Program-made: the position numbers and the translations under genes | The notes under the pieces: generated by a model | What the model saw: only the letters and a program-made list of their open reading frames with translations | Told to the model about the DNA's origin: nothing | Database searches by the model: none | In this document: one piece after another, positions 52,148 to 61,883 of the stretch | How the letters are laid out: each line of letters begins with the position of its first letter | Position numbering within the stretch: position 1 is the first letter of the stretch | Source of the DNA: Thecamonas trahens ATCC 50062 | Lineage: Eukaryota > Protista > Apusomonadida | Direction: 5' to 3' | Length of the DNA stretch: 64,000 bases | Assembly: GCF_000142905.1 (NCBI RefSeq) | Contig: NW_013657675.1 | Coordinates: 590,704 to 654,703, forward strand

Positions 52148-52732
52148 TTACTCCTGCTGCTGCTCCTGCTGCTGCGGCTGCTGGACAGCGGCAGGGTAGC
52201 CGTAGCCGTAGCCAAAGCCAAACTGCTGCTGCTGCTGCTGCGGGAAGAAGCCCGAGCCGTAGCCAAACTGCTGCTGCTGCGGGAAGTAGCCCGAGCCGTA
52301 GCCAAACTGCTGCGGCTGCTGCTGCTGCTGCTGCGGGAAGTAGCCCGAGCCGGTGGCAAACGGCTGCTGCTGCGGGGCGGCAAAGGGCTGGGCGGGGTAG
52401 AACGAGCCGTACTGCTGCGGCTGCTGGTTCTGCTGGTCAAAGCCGGCAAACGAGCCATAGCCTCCGTAGGTGCCGTAGCCAGGGTACGCACCATAGCCGT
52501 AGGGCGACGGGGCGGCAGCGGCGGCGGTCGACGACTTCTTGGACGACTTCTTGGACTTCTTGGACGACTTCTTGGACGACTTCTTGGCCTTGGCGTCGTT
52601 GTCCTCGGCGTCAACGGCCTCGGCGGCCTCGTAGGCCTGCGGCGGGAACGGCGGGTAGTTGAGCGGGAGGACCTGGGTGGGGAGGCGCGGGTCGACCTTG
52701 TCGGCCTTGGTCACGATCGGGGCGAGCATCAT
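52148..52732 (-). CDS. Orphan 194-aa protein: conserved 29-aa motif, K/S-rich patch, Q/G/F/Y/P-rich tail
   Basis: MMLAPIVTKADKVDPRLPTQVLPLNYPPFPPQAYE...KKSSKKSSKKSKK...QQQFGYGSGYFP repeats; strongly C/G-ending codons. Confidence 0.8.
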   Translation of the reverse strand: MMLAPIVTKADKVDPRLPTQVLPLNYPPFPPQAYEAAEAVDAEDNDAKAKKSSKKSSKKSKKSSKKSSTAAAAAPSPYGYGAYPGYGTYGGYGSFAGFDQQNQQPQQYGSFYPAQPFAAPQQQPFATGSGYFPQQQQQQPQQFGYGSGYFPQQQQFGYGSGFFPQQQQQQFGFGYGYGYPAAVQQPQQQEQQQE

Positions 52733-52944
52733 GTTGAAGAGGGTTGGGAAGAGGAAGTGGGGTGGCGGAGGGCCGCGTCCGTGGCTGTGGATGGGGATTG
52801 GAGGCGAGGATAACGGCGGTTTTTTGGGGAGAGCAGGAAAAGGGGAAGGGAGGAAGAGGTGACGGGCAACGGGAAGATGTTGGTTCACTGGTGATCATGT
52901 CCACGTAGAGGCAGTGTCATCTGCCCTGGAGAACAAAGTGCAAG

Positions 52945-55201
52945 TTACTCGTCGTCCGACTCGGCATCGTCATCATCGGAGGTGTTCTGGACCGGGGCAG
53001 GGTACGACGGAGGCGGGGCCGGGTAGCGGGCGATGACCTCACCCTCGACAACGCGCGGCTGCGGGAAGGCGCCCGGGTAGGCGCCCGGGAAGCCACCGAA
53101 CTGCTGCTGCGGCTGCTGGTAGCCCGAGGCCTGCTGCTGCTGCGGGAAGCCAAACGGCTGCTGCTGGGGGAAGCCAAACGGCTGCGGCTGCTGGTAGCCC
53201 GAGGTCTGCTGCTGCTGCGGGAAGGCGGCAAACTGCTGCTGGAAGCCAAACTGCTGCTGCGGGAAGCCAAACTGCTGCGGCTGCTGGTAGCCGGAGGCCT
53301 GCTGCTGCGGGTAGCCAAAGGTGGGGTAGCCGAACTGCTGCGGCTGCTGGTAGCCGGAAGCCTGCTGCTGCGGGTAGCCGTAGGTCGGGTAGCCCTGCTG
53401 CGGGTAGGCGCCGTAAGTCGGGTAGCCCTGCTGCGGGTAGCCAAAGGCGGCCGGGGCGGTCGAAGCGGACTTGGTCTTCTTGGACGACTTCTTCGACTTC
53501 TTCGACTTCTTCGACTTCTTGGACGACGAGTCCTCCTCGGCGACGGCCGACTTGGTCTCGTAGGCCTGCGGCGGGAACGGCGGGTAGTTGAGCGGAAGGA
53601 CCTGGGTCGGGAGGCGCGGGTCAACCTTGTCGGCCTTGGTCACGACCGGCGGGAGAGTCGGCATGCCGCCAAACTGGGTGCCCTGCGGCTGCTGGGCAAA
53701 GGTGTTGCCGTAGCCAAAGGTCTGCTGCTGGAAGCCACCGTAGACCTGCTGGACCGGCTCGGCGGCAGCCTCGACGACAACCTCCTCGGTGGCAGCAGCC
53801 GGAGCGGCGGCGTCGGCGTTGGCAGCGGCGGCGTTGGCCTCGCGCTGCTGGCGGGCGGCAGCCTCATCAGCGGCCTTCTTTGCGGCAGCCTCGTCAGCGG
53901 CCTTCTTGGCAGCGGCCTCATCGGCGGCCTTCTTGGCGGCAGCCTCGTCAGCGGCCTTCTTGGCGGCGGCACCGTCGTCGGCCTTGGCGGCGGGCTTGGC
54001 AGCCTCCTAGTGTCGCACGCATTCCATCGGGTCGGGTGAGTCTGATGAGAAGGCTGCGAGAGGCGAGAGCGCTCAACAAAAATGGTCAACAGAGGGTCAG
54101 GTTGCAAGTTATCGTCACAGCATCGCTCGGACGGTAATTCCAAGTGTTCTATCATCATCCCCAATAGTTGGTGGCTCTACTCGGTCGCTTGTGTTGCCGG
54201 TCTGCGGGTGTCAAACACAAACAAATTAAACAAACCGAGAAAGAGAAAGAAAACAAAGGCACAGAGGCGCCCGTCGCCATCCATCCCACAGCGGGGGGCG
54301 GGGGGAGGGAGGGAGGGAGAGAGAAAGGGAGAGAGAGAGGAAGAGCGGGGGGGGGAGAGGGGAGGGGGCGAATGTGGGGGCGTACCTTCTTGCGGCGCTT
54401 GCCGTCAGCCTTGTTCGGCTCCTCGTTGAGGGCGTCATGAAGCTGCTGGATGTCGTTCTTTAGGGCCTCGTTGAGCGACGAGACGTTGTCCGACTTGGAG
54501 CGCTTGGCGGCGATGACCTTGCCAGCGGTGTCGGCCACGTTCATGGCGGACTGTGCATGGTAGCAGGGGAGGAGAGGGGGGGGGTTGTGAGAGAGGTGTT
54601 GCTCGCAGAGACGCAAACAAAAGCCGACAAACAAAACAAACAAACCGAGGGCGGGCAAACGTGTGACCAACCGAGTGACCAACCGAGTGGCGTTTGTTTC
54701 GGCGGTTCGGCAGTTCGGCGGTTCGGCAGTTCGGCGGGCGAATGGACAAAGCGTCGGAGGAACGAACAACGGCTGGTTCATGAACGAAAAAATGAAGGCC
54801 ACACAACGGGGAGAGGTGGCCAGTGGGGAGGTACGGCACAAGTGGGGAGACGGAAAGGTGCAGCGAGGCATCAGCGTGCGGGTGGGCAGTCAGGTTCACA
54901 AGCGCGAAGCGTGCAGATGGGCCAGTGGGAGGGGTGTGCGGGTGTAGGGGGCAGGGCGGGGGCGGTGCAGCGTGGCCAAAAAACGGATCCAACTCGGGCG
55001 GCGGGTGTAGAGGTCGCGACGGCTGGTGATATGACGTACCTGGAGGACATGGGTGGAGGCGCCAGACTTGGAGGCCTCGCCCAGAAGCTGGGAGACAGCG
55101 CGGGCAACGGCGGTGGCCTTGGTGCCGGAGGCATCGTCGGAAGCAACAAGCTCGTCAGCAGCAGCGCCGACCTCGTTGGCCTTGGTTCCCAGCGAAGACA
55201 T
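52945..55201 (-). CDS. Orphan 462-aa protein, 3 exons (55201-55040, 54550-54386, 54006-52945): helical N-terminus, KKAADEAAA repeats, shared 29-aa motif, Q/G/F/Y/P-rich tail
   Basis: Donors GTACGT (55039) and GTACGC (54385), acceptors CACAG (54551) and ACTAG (54007). All junctions are phase 0 and give one open frame. Confidence 0.8.
54093..54162 (-). ncRNA. Intronic box C/D snoRNA, snR77/SNORD65-like
   Basis: GGGG-ATGATGA (C box)...TGGAATTACCG-T-CCGA (guide + D')...CTGA-CCC (D box + terminal stem), in sense orientation inside intron 2. The guide is complementary to the conserved 18S CGGUAAUUCCA. Confidence 0.85.
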
Positions 55202-55332
55202 GATAGTAGTAAGTGTGAGAGGAATGGTGGCGGTTGGGCGGGGAACTGGGAATGTCACAATGGTTTCAATGGCTTGAGGGGGGAATGCGGCGTGGGTCGG
55301 ACGGGGGGGGGGGGGCAGAGCTTGTTATGAGG

Positions 55333-56157
55333 CTAGAGGGTGTGGAGGTTGTTGCCAGAGTGCGACGATGGGGCGGCAAGGTGGAAGCGGGCAACGGCAA
55401 CGGCGGCGATGGCGTCAGCAACGAGCGCGAGCTGGCCGGCATGGGCTGGGATGACTGCGGGGGACGAGGCAAGCAGGAGGAGGAGCCAAGCTAGAAGCGG
55501 GGCGACAACAGCGACGAGGAGAGCCACAATGGTGTAAGCCGTCCGCCGTCCGCTGGTCCTCATCAGCGAGACCACCAGAGCAATCGGGCCAACAGCGGCA
55601 GCGATGCATGCGGCGCCGCCCAGATGGAAGAAAACGAGGCCCGCAAGGTACGAGCCCGGGCCGAGTGCCGGCGCCAGCCATGCCGAGAAGCAGCCCTCAG
55701 TGGGGTTCTCAGCAGTCAGGCAAGTCTGCGCAAAGAGTAGCGCGTACCACGCATACCATGCAGCCACGCACATGCCCATCACGGCAGCGACACTCGCTGC
55801 GCACGGCGGACAGCTGACCAGCGGCCCACCGTGCGAGTGGCCGTGGCCGCCGCCGCTGCCGCGCGAGTGGCCATGTTCGGCAGCCGGCAGCCGTGCAGGG
55901 ACCATGACCCCGTCCGAGTTCTCCTCGGCGACGCTGACGCGAATCATCGCGGTCGAGAGGCCGTCCTCGGCACCAGCCTCTCCGCCACCACCGTCACCGC
56001 CACCTCTGCTGGCCTGGAGCGCGTGGAGAAGCCACTGAGCAGCAGCGTCCGCGTCGTCGCCAAAGTCCAGGTCGACCACAGGCCGTCCGTCGGCCGTGGT
56101 GCCAGCTGTTGCCGCCACAGGCGGAGGGAGCAGGGCATCCCAGCCTTGACTGCTCAT
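55333..56157 (-). CDS. Hypothetical membrane protein with HGHS-HGHSHG motif and ~4 TM helices
   Basis: 274-aa ATG-started ORF filling the intergenic space; hydrophobic C-terminal half. Confidence 0.6.
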   Translation of the reverse strand: MSSQGWDALLPPPVAATAGTTADGRPVVDLDFGDDADAAAQWLLHALQASRGGGDGGGGEAGAEDGLSTAMIRVSVAEENSDGVMVPARLPAAEHGHSRGSGGGHGHSHGGPLVSCPPCAASVAAVMGMCVAAWYAWYALLFAQTCLTAENPTEGCFSAWLAPALGPGSYLAGLVFFHLGGAACIAAAVGPIALVVSLMRTSGRRTAYTIVALLVAVVAPLLAWLLLLLASSPAVIPAHAGQLALVADAIAAVAVARFHLAAPSSHSGNNLHTL

Positions 56158-56653
56158 GCGAGAGTGTGCGAGGGCGAGGGGTGGGAGGGGGGGGTGGGTC
56201 CAGGTGGACAGAAGTCGGCCCCCGTCGGGTTTGGGGTGTGGTGGTGGGTGGTCAGGTGGAGGTGGAGGATGGGCGCGTCGGTGCGAGGTGGGCGTGTCGG
56301 GCAGCGCGCTTTTTGGAGACCGACCTACCGTGACTTGCCAAGGTCATGACGGGCGGATGCCAGTGTTGACGGACAGTAGCGAGGGAGTTATCCATGGAAG
56401 CATATGAGGAGAGTTGTGTGATGTGATGTGATTTGATGTAGGATGCTCGATGTGGGCAGTAGCTTGCCTGCGATGGCGGCGGAGTTCATGCGGGTTCGAG
56501 CGAGTAACGAAAGTGTTGCATCCCACGTCACAACGGCGTGGGCTTCCACGCGCCGGATGGGGACTATGGCGGACGCGCTGGTGGAACCACACCCATCTCC
56601 ACCTGTCGAGCATAGAGAGTGTAACCGGCTCTACTTCTTCTCTGGACTTGGCC

Positions 56654-57325
56654 ATGAGTATGCTTGGCTCCCCTGAGACAGACAGCACACCCTGCGCGGT
56701 GAGGCGAGACGGAGGGCCGTCGGTGGCGGGAGCAGGGGCGAGCCGAAGCAGCGGCGCGGAGATCGGGAGCGCGAGGGGTGCGGGGCGCGCGGACAGCACA
56801 AGCGATGCAGACAGCAGAAGCACTGCATCGAGCCATGCACCGACGGTAATTCCTTGCGGAATGACCGGGGTCACTTTTGGTGAGAACGTGACGGTGGTCC
56901 ATCCGACCAAGCTCGACGGGTGCGTCCTGGGCGAGTCTGTCTTTGTGGGCCCGTTTACCGAGGTCCAGCCGGGAGTGTGTGTCGGGGCGCGGACGCGGCT
57001 GCAGTCGCACGCGTTTGTGGCTAGCAACGTGTGCATCGGCGAGGATTGCTTTGTCGGACACGGGGTCAAGTTTGCATCGTCGGCCTTTACCGTCCTCGCG
57101 CCTCACATTTCCGAGGACGACCTGCCCGAGACCGGGGCGGCTGTGGTGGGCAACAACGTGCTGATCGGGACAAACGCGACCATCCTGCCGGTCACCATCT
57201 GCGACAATGTGGTGATCGGGGCAGGCGCCGTTGTCATGTCGGACATTACAGCGTCAGGCAAGTACGTCGGCGTGCCGGCGCGCAGGATGGGCGAGCGTAA
57301 GAATGGAAGCAATGCCGGGAGCTAG
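56654..57325 (+). CDS. Left-handed beta-helix (hexapeptide) acyltransferase, WxcM-N/WbpD-like
   Basis: VTFGENVTVVHP...CVLGESVFVGPFTEVQ...RLQSHAFV...IGEDCFVGHGV...IGTNATILPVTICDNVVIGAGAVV...GVPAR. Confidence 0.88.
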   Translation: MSMLGSPETDSTPCAVRRDGGPSVAGAGASRSSGAEIGSARGAGRADSTSDADSRSTASSHAPTVIPCGMTGVTFGENVTVVHPTKLDGCVLGESVFVGPFTEVQPGVCVGARTRLQSHAFVASNVCIGEDCFVGHGVKFASSAFTVLAPHISEDDLPETGAAVVGNNVLIGTNATILPVTICDNVVIGAGAVVMSDITASGKYVGVPARRMGERKNGSNAGS

Positions 57326-58086
57326 CGGCCAAACCGTTGCTCAGTCGCTGTCCCACGCTGGACAGCAGAGACAAACTCGGCGCGGGTAATGAACGCTGCG
57401 CCACCGCGCGGCGCAAGCGCCACAAACTCGGTGTTGGCCAGGAGCCACGGATTAAAGCCGGCGATTGTAAGTGCACCGCCGTCGCCGACCACCAGCGCAA
57501 CGTCGACCGGCCCAAGCCCAGCGACGCCTTCAGCCCCAAGCGCGGCGTCGACATGGCCCTCGCCGATGTCGCTGGCGGCGAGTCTGCCGGCAGTGACGTC
57601 AGCAGCGAGTCGCTTCGCAGCCACCGCCAGCGGCGCCGGGCCAAACGAGCGCGCGTCCTCGAGGTGCACATACATGGCGTCGGTGGCGGCCGAGTCGAGA
57701 GGAGCAGGCTCAGAGCTCGGCAGAACGACGACGCCGCGCGCAGGGGCTGGCGTCGTCGCTGCCGCCACTTCGGCTGCGGTCAGCGCGAGCGGAGCCATCG
57801 CCGATGGCCCGGTCTCGTACACGGTACACTTGAGCGTCCCGATGTCAGCGGCCCAGGAAAGAATGTGCGGAACCGCTCGCCGGGCACTGGTAGGCACAAT
57901 CAACGCAAGGTGCTCCGGCGGATGGAGCTCTGTCTTTTGCGGCGGCCAGACCGAGTCCGGGAGGAGCTCACCGGCAGCAGCGGCTCCAAGAGTGGCGAGG
58001 TCAGCAGAGGCGGTGACGGCGGCGACGGCGAGGGCGTACGCCGTGTGAACGAGCCACAGCAGAACCCGTGCGAGACCAGGTGGCAT
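57322..58086 (-). CDS. NUS1: NUS1/NgBR cis-prenyltransferase subunit
   Basis: N-terminal hydrophobic segment, PEHLALI, WAADIG, GFNPWLLANTEF and C-terminal EQRFGR (RxG motif). Confidence 0.85.
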   Translation of the reverse strand: MPPGLARVLLWLVHTAYALAVAAVTASADLATLGAAAAGELLPDSVWPPQKTELHPPEHLALIVPTSARRAVPHILSWAADIGTLKCTVYETGPSAMAPLALTAAEVAAATTPAPARGVVVLPSSEPAPLDSAATDAMYVHLEDARSFGPAPLAVAAKRLAADVTAGRLAASDIGEGHVDAALGAEGVAGLGPVDVALVVGDGGALTIAGFNPWLLANTEFVALAPRGGAAFITRAEFVSAVQRGTATEQRFGR

Positions 58087-58588
58087 GTAGAGTGTTGGGT
58101 AGGGGTGGGTCTCGTGTGGGAGCCCGGTCTGCCCCCGGGGTGGACGAGTGTGCGCGTGTGTGCGTAGGGAAGGGGGGCGGGTGCGTGTCGTGTGGGATCC
58201 CAGCTTGACGGGAGGAGTGGGGATGGGGTTGATCTGGGCAGGGAGGGAGAGAGACGAGAGACGGCTGACTGATGGTGGAAAGCAAGGTGGTAGAAAGGGG
58301 GTAGGGATCGCCGGTGGGGTTGGGGATGGAGATAGAAGTTGTGATCGAGAGCCTCGACAAGTGGTCTGCCGCGAGTGATGGCTTGTTGATGGCACGGCCT
58401 CGCCACACGGCTGGTATTGCGCCACAGGAAAGAGCCATGACAGCATGCTCGGCAAGCAAGTGCAGTGAGCGCATTCAGTTGCTCTGTGGTAGGATCGGAC
58501 TGGTTGCTCGCAGCCAGCGGGTGCAACGATGGGCAAAGTTGGCGGACGCAATCGCAGGCGGCGGCGCACCCAACTCGGCATCCGTCGA

Positions 58589-60755
58589 ATGGTGACGAGG
58601 GTGCGTCCGGCGGCGGGCATGTGGCACCGTCCACGGCTGTATGTACCGACGAGGGGGACGAGGGGCAAATGTAGAGAGACTGGACAACTGCCTCGGTACC
58701 GCGCGCGTGTCTGGGTCCCGGTGAACGCGGAGACGGTGGCACTGGCGGTGGTCTGGCCGCCGGTCAAGGCTGTCCCAGAGTCGTCAACCTGGCCGCCGAC
58801 TCTGGCGTCGGCGGTGACGATGCCGGCGGCGGCGGTGCCTGCGACTGAGGCGGACAAGGGGCCGCATCTATCGTTTGGTGTGCGGCTGGTGTGTGATGAT
58901 GCGGTAGTTGTCGCCTCGTCAGCGAGTTGGGCTGTGAGAACGGAGCAGCTGTCGGTGGCAGAGGAGCGTGAGCTGCTGGCGCTGATGTCGGCATGCGCGC
59001 TCCAGGTGCCCGTGGGAGGCCGCATCGACCTCCCCTTGGCATTGGCGGCTGCGACAGCGTTGTGGTCGAGCTGGTGGCGGCTGCCGGTGGTGGCGGGCCC
59101 GTGAAGGCCGGGCACCTTGTGGGCATCGGGCGCAAAACCCGGCATCAGGTCGAGCTTGTTGGCGGCAGCGCTGCAGGGCCGAGCGGGAGCACGGCAAACG
59201 CCGAGGACGAGCAGCAGGTGGAGCGTGAGATGGAGCTGGCGGCACAGGCTGGGGTGTGGGTGGCGGCAGACAAGGAGATCGCTGCGGTGCGTGCAGCGGT
59301 GGCGCTTGCGCTCGGGCCGCAGGACGCATTCACCCGGTTTGGGCTCAAGCCGCTTGCCGGCATCTTGCTCTCGGGGCCGTTGGGCGTAGGCAAGAGCACA
59401 GCTGTGGCATGGCTTGCGCGCGAGTTTGGTGCACGCTTGCTGGTGGCGCAGCGTGCGGCGCTGATTGCAGCCGACGCTGAAGTCGGCGGTGCACTCAGTG
59501 AGCTCCGCGCAGCATTTGCCAGCGCGCGATCGGCAGCGACAGCGGCACCCGACAGACCGGTCCTACTCTGGCTGCCCGAGATCGACGAGCTTGCGCCGGC
59601 ACGCGACTCGATGCTCTCCAACGCGGCGTCGAGCCAGATCATTACCCAGCTTCTCACACTCCTCGACGGGGCGCGGGCTGTGTCGGGCGGCTGCGGTCGG
59701 GTACTTGTCATTGCCACCTGCGCAGAACCAAATGCACTCGACAGTGCGTTGCGACGGCCGGGGCGGCTCGACCAGGAGTTTGCGCTCCGGCCGCCGGACG
59801 TGCAAGTGCGCCAAGTGCTGCTGGAGGCGCTCATAGGCGAGACCGGCGAAGATGTGGGTGACGCGGAAACGCGAGCAGCCATCGCATCGGCGGCCGATGC
59901 GACGGTGGGCTTTGTCGGCGGCGACTTGTTTGCACTTGTCCGCGAGGCAGCAGCAGGTGTGGCGAGCGGCGATTGCGGGTGGGAAGAGGCTCTGACTCGG
60001 GCTCTTGTGGTGGTCCGGCCGTCGATGTCGCGCGAGGCCCAGGTGGGCAAGGCCGACTCTACCACAGCTGGCTTTGACTCGCTCGCTGGTCTGGACAGCG
60101 CAGTGAGCCAACTCCGGCGGGCGCTCGTGGAGCCGCTGGCGTATCCGGAGCTGTTTGAGGCCTACGGACTGGCCGTTGCGTCAGGCGTGCTACTCCACGG
60201 CCCGCCTGGGACCGGCAAGACCTCGCTAGTCCGTGCGCTTTCGACGGCGCTCTCACTCTCATTCTTTGTTATTTCTGGCGCTGCGCTGTACTCATCGTAC
60301 CTTGGCGAGGCTGAGGCGTACATCCGACGGGTGTTTGCTCAGGCGCGGCGGGCGCTGCCGTCTCTGGTCTTCATCGACGAGGTGGACACGCTTGTCGGCT
60401 CGCGGTCGTCCGGCGGATCAGACTTGGTGCAGGAGCGAGTGCTCTCGACACTGCTCAACGAGCTCGACGGAGTTGGTGTCGATTCGAGCGGCGTTCTTGT
60501 TGTGGGAGCCACAAACAGGCTCGACAAGCTCGACGACGCGCTGGTGCGACCCGGGCGGCTTGGCCTCCACATCGAGGTCGGCGCCCCGACGCTACTGGGC
60601 GAGAAGCCATTCTTCGGCTCTGCGGGCTCGACGACGAGCAGGCAGCGGCCGTCGCGGCGCAGGTGGAGGAGGGAACAACCGGTGCCGAGCTGCGCAACCT
60701 GGTGAACCAGCTGCGGATGGCGCAGCTGCGCGACGAACTGCACGCTAGCCATTGA
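58589..60755 (+). CDS. Double-AAA ATPase, SPATA5L1/AFG2-like, with two apparent frameshifts (start uncertain)
   Basis: D1 GPLGVGKS/PEID/ALRRPGRLD; D2 HGPPGTGKT/FIDEVD/LLNELDG/GATNR/ALVRPGRL. Adding one C at 59032-59035 and one at 60584-60587 joins the frames and restores the lid PDATGREAIL...GAELRNLVN. Confidence 0.8.
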
Positions 60756-60781
60756 AAACCCCAGCGGCTGGTATTAGTGAG

Positions 60782-61883
60782 CTATAGCTGTGCAAGGCGC
60801 CACTCGCGGGCTACAGAACGCAGCAGGCGCTCGTAGTCGGTGAGTGTAGCGTTGGTGACCAACGTCGGCGAGAGAACACGCTCAACGCCGCGTTCCTCTG
60901 GCGTCTGCCCGAGCTCGGTGAGGAGGGTGCAGAGGAGGTTGTGGACTTTGGCCAGCTTTGTGTGCGCAAACTCGGTAATGATGGAGGAGGCCTTAACAAA
61001 GAGGCCGTGCTTGCGAGGGCAAAGAAAGTAGTACTTGCCCTTGACCGAGCCGTCGTTGCGGCCGTGCGGCTCATCGAGCTCGACGCCATACCAAACGCCG
61101 CGGGCAAACGCGGTGCGGCCGACAAAGCGCAGGACACCACGCTTACCGCGAGTGACAACCCGAACGCCGACCTTGAGGGCAGCTTTGGGCTCGCGGCGCT
61201 CCCAGTGGGCCGGGCGGCCGAGGCGCAGAGGCGCCCTTTCGGGATCGCGGCGGTAGACGGCCACGGTTTCGTCGGGGATGGGTAGCGCCACAGCAGACGC
61301 ATTCGGAAGCTCAAGTGACTCATCGTGAGGCAGTGACGAGTCGGCAGGTGCGGCCGCAATCGGGACAACTTGTGACGGCCGGGCGAAAACACCGTAAAAG
61401 TGCTTGGGTGCGCCGGCGCCACGACCAGAGAGTGACGGCTCACGCGAGCGGGTGACGACGGTGTCAAAGTTGGACGACCCGTCACTGCCGTCGGCAGTCG
61501 CGAGCTGGTTCTCGTTGCGGACAGAAGTGTGATGCGGACGGGTAGAAGTGACGAACAGCCGAGTAGTATCGAAGCATCCATCGGTGGTGCCGAGCGGCTC
61601 GTCCAGCTCGATACCGACAACGTTGCCGGAGCCGTCTGGAGCCGGCCCGCAGTACCGGACGCAACCGACGAGGTTGGCGGCTGGGCGGACGGTGTATGAC
61701 TCGGGTGGAGGCCCACAGAGAGATGCAGGAACAAGAACAAGCGTGCCGAGCGGGAGGTAAGAAAGTCGGTGGGGGCGGTCCATGACCCTTGTGAGTAGGT
61801 AAGAGCGGTGGTTGGCTCGGTCATCCGCAAGCGTCGGGTGGAGAGCAGGTACCCAGGTTCTGTCGGGAGTTGTCCACACCCAA
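60782..61883 (-). CDS. Protein with two CAP-Gly domains (5' end uncertain)
   Basis: GCVRYCG...[14 protein letters not shown] and [38 protein letters not shown]...HGLFV. Confidence 0.85.
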
